From Octopus sinensis (lineage: Eukaryota): 64,000 nt of DNA. The stretch is taken from the NCBI RefSeq assembly GCF_006345805.1, contig NC_043005.1, forward strand, positions 45,012,001 to 45,076,000, in the 5' to 3' direction. Under the pieces are notes generated by a model that did no database searches, was not told the origin of the DNA, and worked only from the letters and a program-made list of their open reading frames with translations. A program made the position numbers and the translations under genes. The first letter of the stretch is position 1; each line of letters begins with the position of its first letter. Shown here one piece after another: positions 26,965 through 39,255 of this stretch.

Positions 26965-27901
26965 TATCAATAGTGTGGTTGAGGGATGAGGTGAGAACAG
27001 TCTGTCCTGATTGACACATTTATGAGGGCAACACTTTCAGGTCTGCAGTATAAGTCTGTTTAGTGGGACTGGGAGAAGACTCAAGGGCTGCCCTGGGTAG
27101 CACATATTCTAACTACAATTACAGATTCTTATTAAAGTATTCAACCTACAAAGAATTACTTTTAGTGAATTCAAATTTCAAGAGACAATAGTAAACATAG
27201 ACAGAAATATTCAAATCAGTAATTTGTCTCTAATTATAAAATCAACAAATAAAAGTATCCTTTATTTTGGGTAACCATTGTTGTTGCTAATTTTTTAATT
27301 TTTAATTAAATTTTATTTTCTGTATCACCAAAACACTTGTGGGACAAGTTGCAGTCAATTATTTGTTTTTACTCAGATAGTATTAAAAACATGGTCAAAC
27401 AGTTTAAAAAGTCCACTTCTTAGTCTCATGTTTGATCCCACTGCATGGCATCAAGCAACTCTTAGTACAGTCCTGGGTCACCCAGACCTTGTAAATGAAA
27501 CTGGCTGGACAAAAACTGCAAAAAAGCCCATCAAATAGATTGTACTTGCAGCTTTGTCAAACCTTCGAAGGAAATGTTGATCTTTATATTCAACTAATCC
27601 AGAAACGGCCGTTCTCAAGTAATCTTATGTACATGTGATCTTTCGTTGTTTTTCCCTCTATACCTGTGTGAATTATTTTTGAGTATGCATTGTCTGGGAG
27701 ATTTTTCTTATAGTAGAAGAAATAGCTAAGATTTTTTGGCTGCTATTTCTAAAAGTTCGGTGTGTGGTAAAGTAAATTAGTTTACTGAACCCTAATTATA
27801 TAACATAATGTTTTAAATATACCGTAAATGGTCTTTTTACATACTGAACACTACTTGGTAAAATTAATTAATAATTAATTAATTTTACCCTTTTATTATT
27901 G

Positions 27902-27938
<37 letters not shown>

Positions 27939-28199
27939 ATATATATATACACATATATAGCAATGTGTGTGTATTTGTCTTTGTCCTCCTACCATTGCTT
28001 GAAAACCGATGTTGGTATGTTTACATCCCAGCAACTTAGCTATTTGGCAAATGAGACCAATAGAAAAAAAGTACCAGACTTACAAAGAATAAGTCTTAGA
28101 GTCAATTTCTTTGGCTAAAATCCTTTAAGACGGTGCTCCAGTATGACCGCAGTCAAATGACTGAAACAAGTAAACAAATAAAAGAATAAAAGATCTTAT

Positions 28200-28420
28200 A
28201 TGAGTGAGATGTGGGCTACAACAAAGAAGGAAGAACATTGATGAGTTACAATGCAAAGGGACATGGAAAACTCCAGGCTATCATTGCAAATGCATATTTG
28301 ATAGGAGATAATTCGAGAACAGAGTGGAGTGAATGATGTTATTGTAGAATACCAAAAGCACAATTTACATTGTGCTAGGCATTTCACAAAGTTCACAAAT
28401 GTGCAGATAAGTAAATTAGA
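28200..28420 (+). mobile_element. RTE-clade LINE ORF2 C-terminal remnant
   Basis: SEMWATTKKEEH**VTMQRDMENSRLSLQMHI**EIIREQSGVNDVIVEYQKHNLHCARHF resembles the RTE region SETWxxTKKEE..L...QR.MER.ML...IR...GV.D.......L.WAGH. Confidence 0.65.
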
Positions 28421-28575
28421 CACATCAATATATAAAGTATATTAGACATATGGAATACAAAATATGTACATATGTATACATATAAGAAGGTTCAACGTAC
28501 ACAGAATTCAAATGACAGTAAATTAAAGAGGTGGAAGAAAGGTATTATAAGCCCAACAGTTTTTATCTTAGACCT

Positions 28576-29393
28576 GGTCTAAGATAAAAACAATAAAATA
28601 ATTAAGTAAATGTACGTATATTATCTTATAAGAAAATATAAATATATATAAAAATACGTAATTTTACAATAAAAAATCAAACAAAATTCAACAATATATC
28701 TTAAAATAAAAACATCAAATATCTTATTGAATATATTCTGTTAACTAAATCTTTAAACTTAATACGTAGGACTTAGTGTTTATAATAAATTTATCTCATT
28801 AAAAACGTGGTGTAAATAAAAATAGAATAAATAGAGAGATATATTTATTTTATCTATAAAAATATATTTTAGCTTATAGAAGAAAATAATAAACTATAGT
28901 ATATCATTACTAGAAAATAAAAGTACAAGTAATTAAAACAAAATATTTAAAATACATAATATACATTAAGTGAAGCTAAGTTACTATAATTTAATCTATA
29001 TCCATTAAATTATTTATTTATGTATTTATTTTATAAACATCTAAGTTTAATCTTATTCTAATTATGTAATATATACTAAGAAACTTCATGCTAACTTATA
29101 CACATAATACTACTACAAACTATAACTACAAGAATTAAAAATAGAAAAATGGTTCAAATATATAGTCACACAAATTAGTTAAACTTATATAATTAATTCA
29201 ATTTATGTATAGATTTAATACTTCACTCATTTATAGAATTAACCAAAGTTTCTATTATTATTAAAAATATTTACTTAAATGCAATATTACATAACAAATA
29301 AAAAAAATTACTACCTATTTGATGAGATTTTGTCTTACAAAACTATTTCACAATGTAAATAATATGTAATACATTAAGATTACAGTTCACAAG

Positions 29394-29464
<71 letters not shown>

Positions 29465-29945
29465 TATAAGTAAATATACGTGTCGTAACTTATAATTAAC
29501 AAATAACAACATAGAAATCAATATTTTTACAATAAAAAATCAAACAAGATTCAACAATATTTATTTTAAGATATATTGTTGAATTTTGTTCGATTTTTTA
29601 TTGTAAAATTACGTATTTATATATATATTTATATTTTCTTATAAGATAATATACGTACATTTATTTAATTATTTTATTTGTTTATCTTAGACCTGATGAG
29701 TGACTATTTTTAAACTGAATTGATTATATTATTTTCAATTTGAAAATATAGCCACGAAACACGTGTAGTCTATTTACTAATTATATACTATTTATTTATT
29801 ATTTAGTTTTAAATAAATGTTCTATCGTATCTTTAATTTTTTCTATGTGGTATGATTTAAGTATATCTTTGTTGAATTGATTCATGGTGGTTCTTTTCAA
29901 ATTTATATACATATATTATATATTGTGAAATTTGATTTAGTATTA
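28576..29945. mobile_element. Penelope-like element: inverted pseudo-LTR arms around an AT-rich core
   Basis: Inverted arms of about 135 bp at 28576-28710 and 29560-29693. The plus arm runs directly into a complete hammerhead. (TAA)n tract at about 29396-29465. Confidence 0.7.
29688..29772 (+). ncRNA. Minimal type I hammerhead ribozyme, core intact
   Basis: TAGAC-CTGATGA-GTGACTAT...ATAGCCAC-GAAA-CACGTG-TA-GTCTA. Stem I TAGAC/GTCTA (5 bp); stem II 7 of 8 bp plus an extended AU stem; palindromic stem III ACACGTGT; GUA triplet, predicted cleavage after 29767. Confidence 0.88.
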
Positions 29946-30004
29946 CTAAATTGAATTTTTCCCTGTAAGTTTGGAATCATTTTCCCTAATATTATTATTA
30001 TTAT

Positions 30005-30103
<99 letters not shown>

Positions 30104-30104
30104 A

Positions 30105-30490
30105 GTACAGGAGTGGGTGTGTGGTGAGTAGCTTTCTTACTAACCACATAGTTCCGGGCTCAGTCCCACTGTGTGTTATCTTGGGCAAGTGTCTTCTACT
30201 ATAGCCCCGGGCTGACCAAAGCCTTGCGAGTGGATTTGATAGACAGAAAATAAAAGAAGCCCATCGTATATATATATATATATATATATATAAATGTATG
30301 TATGTATGTATGTATGTATGTATATATGTTTGTGTCTGTGTTTGTTCCCCTGTTTGGCAAGAGAGACCGATAGAATAAGTACTAGGCTTACAAAGAATAA
30401 GTCCTGGGGTCGACTAAAAGGTGGTGCTCCAGCATGCCCGCGGTCAAATGACTGAAACAAATAAAAGAATAAAAGAAAGAAAAAAGAATA
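30105..30490 (+). mobile_element. SINE family A
   Basis: caggagtgggtgtgtggtgagtagc...gttccgggctcagtccc...ggtgctccagcatgcccgcggtcaaatgactgaaaca. Confidence 0.85.
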
Positions 30491-30785
30491 TCATATTTTG
30501 GGATGATAATTTTTTTGCCAAATAAACACATGCACTATATATTTGTTTTTCACTCATTTATTATGGTTCTTATTCTGTCTTATGTCCATTGCCTGGAAAT
30601 CTTTTATCACTCATCTGTGACCTCTTCAGTGACTCTTCCATCCACATGTTTCACTTAGAATGGACTAAACGAAAGAGGAGGGAACACATGGATGGAAGAG
30701 TCGCTGAAGAGATCACAGTTGTGTTTATTTGGCAAGAAGAAAATGACCACTCTGAAAGAAATATATATATATATATATATATATA

Positions 30786-31420
30786 CTACACTACCCGTGA
30801 CCCATGTTAGCATGTCGTGCTAGAAATAGCAACCAAACCTTTGCAGGTGAGATACACTGAATGCACTCAAAAAATATCTTTTACGAAATATTTACCATAT
30901 TTTTGAAGTCATTTTCACTTTAAAATATTTTTTAAATATGCCAAAATATATTTATACTCTTGAAATTAATTTTAAAAAACATTAAAATATTGTCTGTTTA
31001 AAGAAAGGTAAAATATAAATACTGTACAAACTGCTTATTTTTAAAATCACATTCACTTAAAAATATTTCTAAATGATTAAACTATTGTGTTAAACAAAAG
31101 CAAAAATAGAAACATTTACTGTAAAAAAGAATCATATTTTTTTGTTGTCAAGTCACTGTGTCTAATCAAAAGATAAAAGTTTCTTCCTTTTCAGGATTAA
31201 GTTTATTTTTGGAATATTTTACCATTATGCACCATTTTTGGTATTTATACCCCAAAAACCTCTAATATCTTAAAAACTACTTGTCCGATTTAGATTAAAC
31301 TTTTTATTGTGTTCATATTAACAGTTCAGGGTAAACTTAATTCGTAGTATTTTCCCATTATGTGCCAGTTTGGCTGGGTAACATTGCATGCAAGTAAGAT
31401 TCAAACTGACTTTTAATGTA
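30786..31420 (-). mobile_element. Possible non-autonomous Helitron-type element
   Basis: Minus strand ends ...catgggtcacgggtagtGTAG|T, resembling a Helitron hairpin plus CTAG end; 5' end sits in (TA)n; no ORF. Confidence 0.4.
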
Positions 31421-32616
31421 TTATATATATATATATATACTCCTGGTGGCAAGATCAACTGATGAGAACCTTAGATCATTACCAGAGTTTGAAATCACGG
31501 GATATGGCTATATCTGTTTACTTCATTTTGTGAAAGGTGCTTTTACTCGCTCCCTTGCGGTTAGTACTTTGTGTGACTATTGAGTCACTTTTGACTCTTA
31601 TTTTTAACAAAATGAAATGTAGTCAACATAGGTGCAAAATATACTTTCTATAGCATAGTTATATGCTATAAAAAGTTTTTAGAGAATATTTCCAAAAGAG
31701 ATATTCCAGTATTGGTGTCACCAATTTAGCAAAAATTACTATGTGTCACCAATGTAACAAAGTACAGAAAGTCAACATTTATTTGAAACATCTACTAAAT
31801 GTTATAAAATTCAGAATTGAATGTCATCAGGAAGAGAGTCCAGTTCCAAGACAATTCAGAAAGCATAATTAAATTTTTCATACAAAAATAATTTATAATT
31901 TTACAATTTTTTCAACAAATGCTGAACAAAGTATGTACAAAGGAATATGTTGTCGTGAACATTAACTAATTTAAAACATTTGCTGAAGGAAGTATGTAGC
32001 AAGACATAAATTGATTTGACATCACTTAATATATATTTTAATTGTATAAGGTTATAGGCTGTAGAATAAATACTGACTAACACAGTAAAAAGATTGTGTA
32101 GCATTGAATACTAACACTGTTAAAGCAGCATAGCAGGAATACAATAAGGACACTAGGGCAGTTAAAAAAGCCTTATCTTCAAACTGGTTATAAGGACTGG
32201 AATAACAATTCTGTAATTATATTGAAAGAGCCTCTAAGGCTTTCTACTTCACCAAGTTTCTGAATTTGTTATGATAACCAGAATAAAATTATTTTTTCAA
32301 ATATATTTGTGAGTATTGTGAGTTCTGCCAAATCAGCCAAATTTTCATGTTGGTTATAAAAAACTAGAATTATATTTCAGCACATAAACATTGCTAATTC
32401 TTAATGCTGTTTAAACTGCATCTCTCCATGATGGAAAGGAAAATCCAAACAGTGGTACTTCAAAGTGAATTGTGATGTTCTTTCAATGACCAGGCTGCAA
32501 CTAAACTAAACTCTTTCAAAATTAGTGCATTTCACTGTTGGGCAATACAGTCACATACACATACTAAGACAGACACACACAGACATATTCATACACACCT
32601 CAGGCTATCTCTGTCC

Positions 32617-32655
<39 letters not shown>

Positions 32656-33039
32656 TCATCACAAAAATGTATGTATACTGACAGACAGCTACACCCTTAC
32701 ATACATTCACACACATTTACTTCTCAGCCTAACGTACATAACGAATGTGCAAACACACACACATTGACAGACACATACACACTCATGTAGAAAATGTGAT
32801 GTCGTCATCATTGTCACCATGGTATAAAATGTCATTTATGATAGTTGAATTATAGAAAAGTATAGTTTTAAATTTTTGTAATGCAAATATGTAAATGAAA
32901 AGAAAGTTTATTTGGCAGCCAAAAGATTATTGAATCTTCTGATATCCCATACATCAAAATTGGCAACTAAGTTTTTGAATGCATAAAGAACATATGCACA
33001 CACACACACACTAACTCTGCTTTATATATGTAGATTATT

Positions 33040-34020
33040 TCTCAAGACAATTACTGTTTCCTTCAGTGTTCAAAACAACACACCCTAGTGAAGTTGGATG
33101 TTCTAATTCATATTCTTTGCAAAGATTGCTACCACTGCTAATAGCTAATTTATTCACAGTCCATCAGATTTCTGCAACATCACTGACGGTTTTACTAGTG
33201 TTAAACTATATCAATTTGACATATTTTTGATCTAGCATTCAGTGTTTGGCTGACAGTCACAGGTGATTCACAATTTCTGACGAAATCATTTGATACAACA
33301 GTATCATCCATTAATACTGACGAAATATCACCAACCAAAAAATTCCGTGCGTTTTATAGCATCTAGCATTTATATGAAGAGTATTTCTCAGGATGGTTAC
33401 CACTATCTACAGTGTTCAAAACAACACATACAAGTGAAGTTGGATGTGCTAATTAATAATCATCACAGTCCATCAGCTTTCTACAACATCACTGACTGTT
33501 TTGCTAGTGTTAAATTATATCAATTTGACATATTTTTGATCTAGCATTCAGTGTTTGGCTGACAGTCATAGGTGATTCACAATTTCTGACGAAATCATTT
33601 GATACAGCAGTATCATCCATTAATGCTGACGAAATATCACCAACTAAAAAATTCGTGCTTTTTATAGCATCTAGCATTTATATGAAGTGTATTTCTCAGG
33701 ATGGTTACCACTATCTACCTTGTTCAAAACAACACATACAAGTGAAGTTGGACGTACTAATTAATAATCATCACAGCCCATCAGTTTTCTGTAATATCAT
33801 TGACTGTTTTGCCAGTGTTAAACTATATCAGTTTGACAAGTGTTTGATCTAGCATTCAGTGCTTGGCTGCCTGTCACTGATGATTCACAGTTTAAGATGA
33901 AATCCATTTGTGCTAGCGTTGATGATATTTCATGCACTGATGTAATTTGTGCTTTTTTATAGTACCTAACATCTACACAGGGTGATTTTTCATGATTACT
34001 CCTGCAGTCTACAGCATTCA
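33040..34020. repeat. Tandem repeat of about 310 bp, roughly 3 copies
   Basis: gtgttcaaaacaacac recurs near 33065, 33412 and 33720. Middle copies are highly similar; the copy at 33850-34020 is divergent. Confidence 0.9.
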
Positions 34021-34224
34021 AAATAACCCATCAAAGTTAAGTTGAACATGATAATTAATATTCATTACAAAGACTACTTCTCTCACTAATAGCAGATTAA
34101 AATGTGTTTCTAAAGTTTTATCATTTGCCATAACCATTGAGGTGTAAATTCTCAACAATTTTCTTGACTAATTAATAAATTTTTCTAAGATTAAGTTGTT
34201 CAAATTCTAACTTTTTCGTTATAA

Positions 34225-34371
34225 CAGACATGAGCAACCTTTGAGGAGAAGTTGGCCACATGTGACATGACTCGTTATTATGTAGGTTGCATTATTAAAA
34301 AAATTCAAGGTAATTTTTCATTAGGTGTGCCATTCAGAAAGTTTTGTGGGCTGCAGGTTCGCCATGATTAG
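34225..34371. mobile_element. Short hAT-like MITE
   Basis: cagacatgagcaacct ... aggttcgccatgattag imperfect TIRs; imperfect 8-bp flanking repeat cgttataa/gtttataa. Confidence 0.45.
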
Positions 34372-34384
34372 GTTTATAACAATC

Positions 34385-34790
34385 AGTCATAATGGTTTGA
34401 AATTTTGGCACACGGTCAGTAAGCTTGGGAGAGGAGGTAAGTTGATTACATCAACCCCAGTACTCAACTGGTACCTATTTTATCAACCCTAAAAGAATAA
34501 AAGGCAAAATTGACCTCGGCTGAATTTGAACTCAGAATGATGAAATGCTGCAAAGTATGTTGCCTAGCATGTTAACAACTCTGCCAGCTCGGTGCCTTTA
34601 ACAGACTGTCATAATCCTTTCTACTATAGGAACAAGGCCTGGAATTTGTGGGGGCGGGTAGTCAATCAGATCGACCCCAGTACTTGAGTGATACTTAAGT
34701 TATCAACCCCAAAAAGATGAAAGGCAAAGTTGACCTCGACGGAATTTGAACTCAGAACATAGAGATGAATGAAAACAATCTGTCATAATA
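34385..34790 (-). mobile_element. Two tandem family B SINE copies
   Basis: Two consecutive atcgaccccagtac...aaggcaaa-ttgacctcg-c-gaatttgaactcagaa blocks. Confidence 0.8.
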
Positions 34791-34849
34791 AACGCAAAAA
34801 ATATTTGCTTCATCAATATTTCTTGAGACTTTTTTACTTGCCATAATAG

Positions 34850-35240
34850 GTGCAGATATGATAGTGTAGTTAAGAGGCTTGCTGTGCAGCCACATGGTTT
34901 TGGGTTCAGTCCCACTGTGTAGCACTTTGGGGAAGTGTCTTCTGCTAGAATCTCAGGCCAACCAATACCTTGTGACTAAATTTGATAGCTGAAAAATTGT
35001 GTGGAAGCCAGTTGTAAATATACATGTATGCATACATGTGTGTATGTGTGTATGTGTGTATTCATGTTTGTCTTCGTCCATCCCACTGTTTGACAACTGG
35101 TGTTGCTTTACTCATGTCCCTATTGATAGAATAAGTCCAATTTTTTTATATTTTAGTAAAGTACTGGAGCCAACTAAACCCATCAAGGCAGTGCCCCAGC
35201 ATGGCCATAATGTAATGATGGGAACAAGTAAAGCGTAAAA
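34850..35240 (+). mobile_element. SINE family A, decayed
   Basis: gcagccacatggttttgggttcagtcccactgtgtagcactttggggaagtgtcttct...ggcagtgccccagcatggcc. Confidence 0.75.
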
Positions 35241-38077
35241 AGATATATCATTTACTAAACAAGAATCTTTGTTCACTCATTAATCTTCATTCATTACCGT
35301 ATTTTCCTGCACTCAAGTTGACTTTATCAGATCAAAATTCACAGTCAAAAACAAACAAAAGGACAGGTTAACATATACACCAAGACAACTTAGTGGGACC
35401 AAAGCTTGCATATGAAATACAGTGGGATTGGGAAGATGATGACGATGTTTGAATGTTTACACTACATCACTATATCACTACATACAATGTTAACTCATAT
35501 CCGAGAAAATACAACAACCCATATGAAATATTTCTTTTTTATACAAATTTTCACCAAAATTTTGATCTGAAATTCTGTGTTGAAACAGATTTGGTAGAGT
35601 GGATCATGCCTGAAATATTGTTACTTAATAACTACTCATGAAGGAACATGGCTTAATGGTTAGGGTGTTTGGCTCACAATCATAAGGTCATGAGTTCAAT
35701 ACCTCATTGTGTCCATGACCAAGACACTTTATTTCATGTTGCTTCAGTTCACTCTCTCCCTGAGAGCTACATTAAGAGTGTGCACGTCTGTGGAGTGCTC
35801 AGCCACTTGCATGTTAATTTCATGAGCAGGCTGTTCTGTTAATCACATCAACGAGAACCCTTATTGTCATAGCTGGTAGGGCTAGTTTAATAACTGCTCA
35901 CAGTAATAACTGTTTCATTAATGTTTTCCTCAGGGTATCCAATATTTACCAGTGGTCAGTCAAAACATCAATGTAAACAGAAGACAAGGGTCTATTGAAA
36001 TACTCTGGTGATACAGTAAACAACTGTATATAGTTTATTAATAGCAAAAATACAAAGAAACATGACATTAAGAAAGACAGTAACACCTATGAAATAGCTG
36101 TAGTAATATTTTCTTTTTAAGTCTCACCTAACCAATATTATTTGATACACTAATTAAATAAGCTATACTCATACCATTCTGTTATTACAAAAACTAATAG
36201 AACCACTTGTATAATAAACTTCTATTCCTTTAGTAACACCTTTACAGGATGCCAATTTTTTTTAAAAATGCACTTTGTAATTATGCTGTCTCAGAAAATT
36301 AATGCAAAGAAGACTTTTACCAAAATAATATTCCTTTTGAACGTCAACTTTCTCTTTAATCATCAATAAAATAACTGAAACGGCTATACTTGATATTTAT
36401 TGTCCAATCATAAATTCACTTTAGAAAAGTTTCACTTATCTTTACAGAGTTGCAGGTATTTAAATATAGAACTTTATGTTTAATGTTTTGGTTGTGTATT
36501 TTTGTTTTATAGTTGACGCCATTCCTTATGTCAGTCACTGATACAAAACAAAGATTTTAGGAAGAAAAATATCAACTTTTTTTTCTCAGCACAACAGGTT
36601 CATGTTTCAATGTTCAACTTTTATAAAAATAGAATAAATTTCCAAAATAGATTTGTTAAAATTTAAATTTTATTTAATCAAGAGATTTATATATAGAAAT
36701 AAAGGTAATTATATTGATATGTCATATGAAGTAAACTAGCATAAACAAATACTAGACTGACACTGTTGTCAAAGAGAAATATGACAAGTAAAACAAAAGG
36801 AACTGAGATATTATCAAGACAACTATACATGGATGCTGACCAAAGATTCTATCAATCAAGCGATTAAATTTTCACTTGGTATACCAAACACATTACTTGA
36901 AATTTCAATTTAAGAAACCCACTACATGGTTACCAAGTTATTTTCTTCTTATCATCGACTGAACTCAAGATAAAAGTTAAGATTAATTGAGTGGTTAGCT
37001 TGGTGTAAAGCTTTAAAGATATCAAATGTTTACATCAAAGAGTTTTCATGCAGTTTCAAAGAAATGTTGAAAATTGCAATAAATCTAAAAACATTTTCTT
37101 TAAAATGGATAAAATGATTGCTTGCAATTTTAATAAAACCATCTTTTATTCAATTCTAGTTATATACAATATCCCTTCAGAAAAAATTATATTTATATAA
37201 GATTATATAAAAAAGAAATAAGTGAATGAAGGTTTCTGTTTGAAAGTCCATTTTTAAAAAGATGTTTTCCAAATTTTTAGCTAATTTTTTTTTTCCTTCA
37301 CCTCAAGTACTGTATTTTAGTACAAATAGTGACAACACTTCATGCTCTGTTAAACTGAAGCTTTTTCTACAATTCCCAGAATCCTTTCTCTCTAATGCAT
37401 ATAAAATAAAACTGCTATTTAAATGTACTACAGTTCCGTCACTAATGTTTTTGTTCACGACACTTTGATGCTCTTCCAGTATTAGAAGGCCATTTTTGTT
37501 TGATTTGCTGTTACTTTTTACTTCTTCTCCAGATGCATCTTCCAGCTAACATTTCCATTAGTTATTGTAGTTAGGATGCTTTATTTTTTTTGTCAATTTT
37601 TTTCTTTTTTTTTTTCATTTTACTATTTATCAAAGAATACTATCGTATAATAGTAAACATATTTTGTTGAAATGTATTTATTTATGCACTGAAATGTGAA
37701 AGTCAATTCCCTATCAACAACAAAAGAAATATTTTGCTTTATTCACAAACGATGCCAGTTGCTATGAACTACTTTTATCCGGTTAATGCATTAATTACTT
37801 TGAGCACCATACATCTTAAGTACATCACAAGTGTTCTCAGAAAGTGTCATATGTCTGTGTTGGCTTCCAGTGAATAAAGGTAGAGTATAGTGGGGGTAAT
37901 ATCCAGTATTGATATACGTTGATGTACATGAATGTGCGTTTGTTTGCATTGTGTATATTTATCAATAAATTGCTCGGGTATAAATATAAGGGTATATGCA
38001 GACAATATAGGTTTTCATCTCTTTCTCCACTTTGTCTTTGCATGTGTGTTTGTGTATGTGTGTGTGTGTCCCTGTCT

Positions 38078-38121
<44 letters not shown>

Positions 38122-38284
38122 CCTAGTTATAATTGCGTGAGAAAGTGAGAAAGTGTTTGTGTGTGTGTAGGAGTGTATAATTAAAGATAATTGATAAAAA
38201 TATATAGAAATTGATATTACTATTTATGTGTATTCATATGCACACACATATATGTATGTACATATGTATATGTGTGTGTGTGCA

Positions 38285-38317
<33 letters not shown>

Positions 38318-38599
38318 TACTTAACAGCTTGTGATTCGATGTCCATTGTTACAAGAATGAATTTCATGATCAATCAAAACAGTCTCATGAATAGAAACAG
38401 ATAATGTGTTAAATCTGCAGAGCACTTGTAAAACCAATTATTACTGGTCAAGGCAGATCGTGTGGTTCAAGCCTCTGCACACTAGGGTTAAAAATAGATG
38501 GACTACTGTTGTGTAAGGGAGGATACCCAGTTCAGGCCTGTAATCATAAACAAGAGAGGCTACTCTGTATAGCTCATGATATCTGTACCTATGAATTTG

Positions 38600-38913
38600 C
38601 TGAGGAGGTTCAGACACAAATTTTCCAAGACAGAAGTTCTCCATTGACAACAGCTAGTCTGTAGTTTAAAGTTCATCTTGGGAAATATCATTCATTGCTT
38701 GAGTATTTGAAACTTTTCAGTTAGCCAAAGTCTACAGTTTTGTGATCCTTTGAAATGTGGTAATTCTGTCAACAATGTTCTTGTTATTGTAAACCATTTT
38801 GATCCTTGGCACCAACTCTTGAAAGTGTTCTCAGTAAACCCAATATAATTTCTCTTGACGACGCCCAAGGATATCATGTATGGTTGATATATGACTCTAT
38901 TAAAAAGATACAA
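38600..38913 (-). pseudogene. Decayed Penelope-type GIY-YIG endonuclease remnant
   Basis: RVIYQ...KRNYIGFTENTFK matches the V(I/V)YQ...YIG.TE..FK arrangement of PLE GIY-YIG domains; later TEL...KFQILK; frameshifted and stopped. Confidence 0.5.
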
Positions 38914-39039
38914 TCTCTTTATTGGATAGCTAGATGGATTTTAATGATGGAAGCAACTTGGCAAACATTGAATTTCAGACTGTAATTATCATCAGACAAA
39001 CATTTCAATGGCACAATATTTGAATTGCAAGAAGGGATT

Positions 39040-39255
39040 CAGAAGGTGGCCAGCTGGCAGAAATATTAGCATGCCGGGTGAAATGCTTAATGGTATTTCG
39101 TCTGCCATTGTGTTCTGAGTTCAAATTCTGCCGATTTTGCCTTTCATCCTTTTGGGGTCGATAAATTAAGTGCCAGTTGTGTACTGGGGTCGATGTAATC
39201 AACTTAATCCCTTTGTCTATCTTTGTTTAGCCCCTTGTAGGCAATAAAGAAATAA
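39040..39255 (+). mobile_element. SINE family B
   Basis: ggtggccagctggcagaaatattagcatgccgggtgaaatgcttaatggtatttcgtctgcc...gagttcaaattc. Confidence 0.85.

Noticed and set aside
27562-27613. Hammerhead-like segment (stem-loop then GAAACGGCCGTT with palindrome ACGGCCGT)
   Set aside because: The CUGANGA core is absent (cttcgaa) and no stem I can be formed; at best a heavily decayed relic.
28711-29395. Possible mitochondrial insertion (NUMT)
   Set aside because: No recognisable mt rRNA, tRNA or protein motif by eye; not supported without a search.
31456-31510. CTGATGAG...GTTTGAAATC hammerhead-like match
   Set aside because: Stem II is weak and stem I does not pair; likely chance.
33040-34020. 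CRISPR-like or other prokaryotic array
   Set aside because: Eukaryotic context; units are whole tandem copies of about 310 bp without unique spacers, and there are no cas genes.
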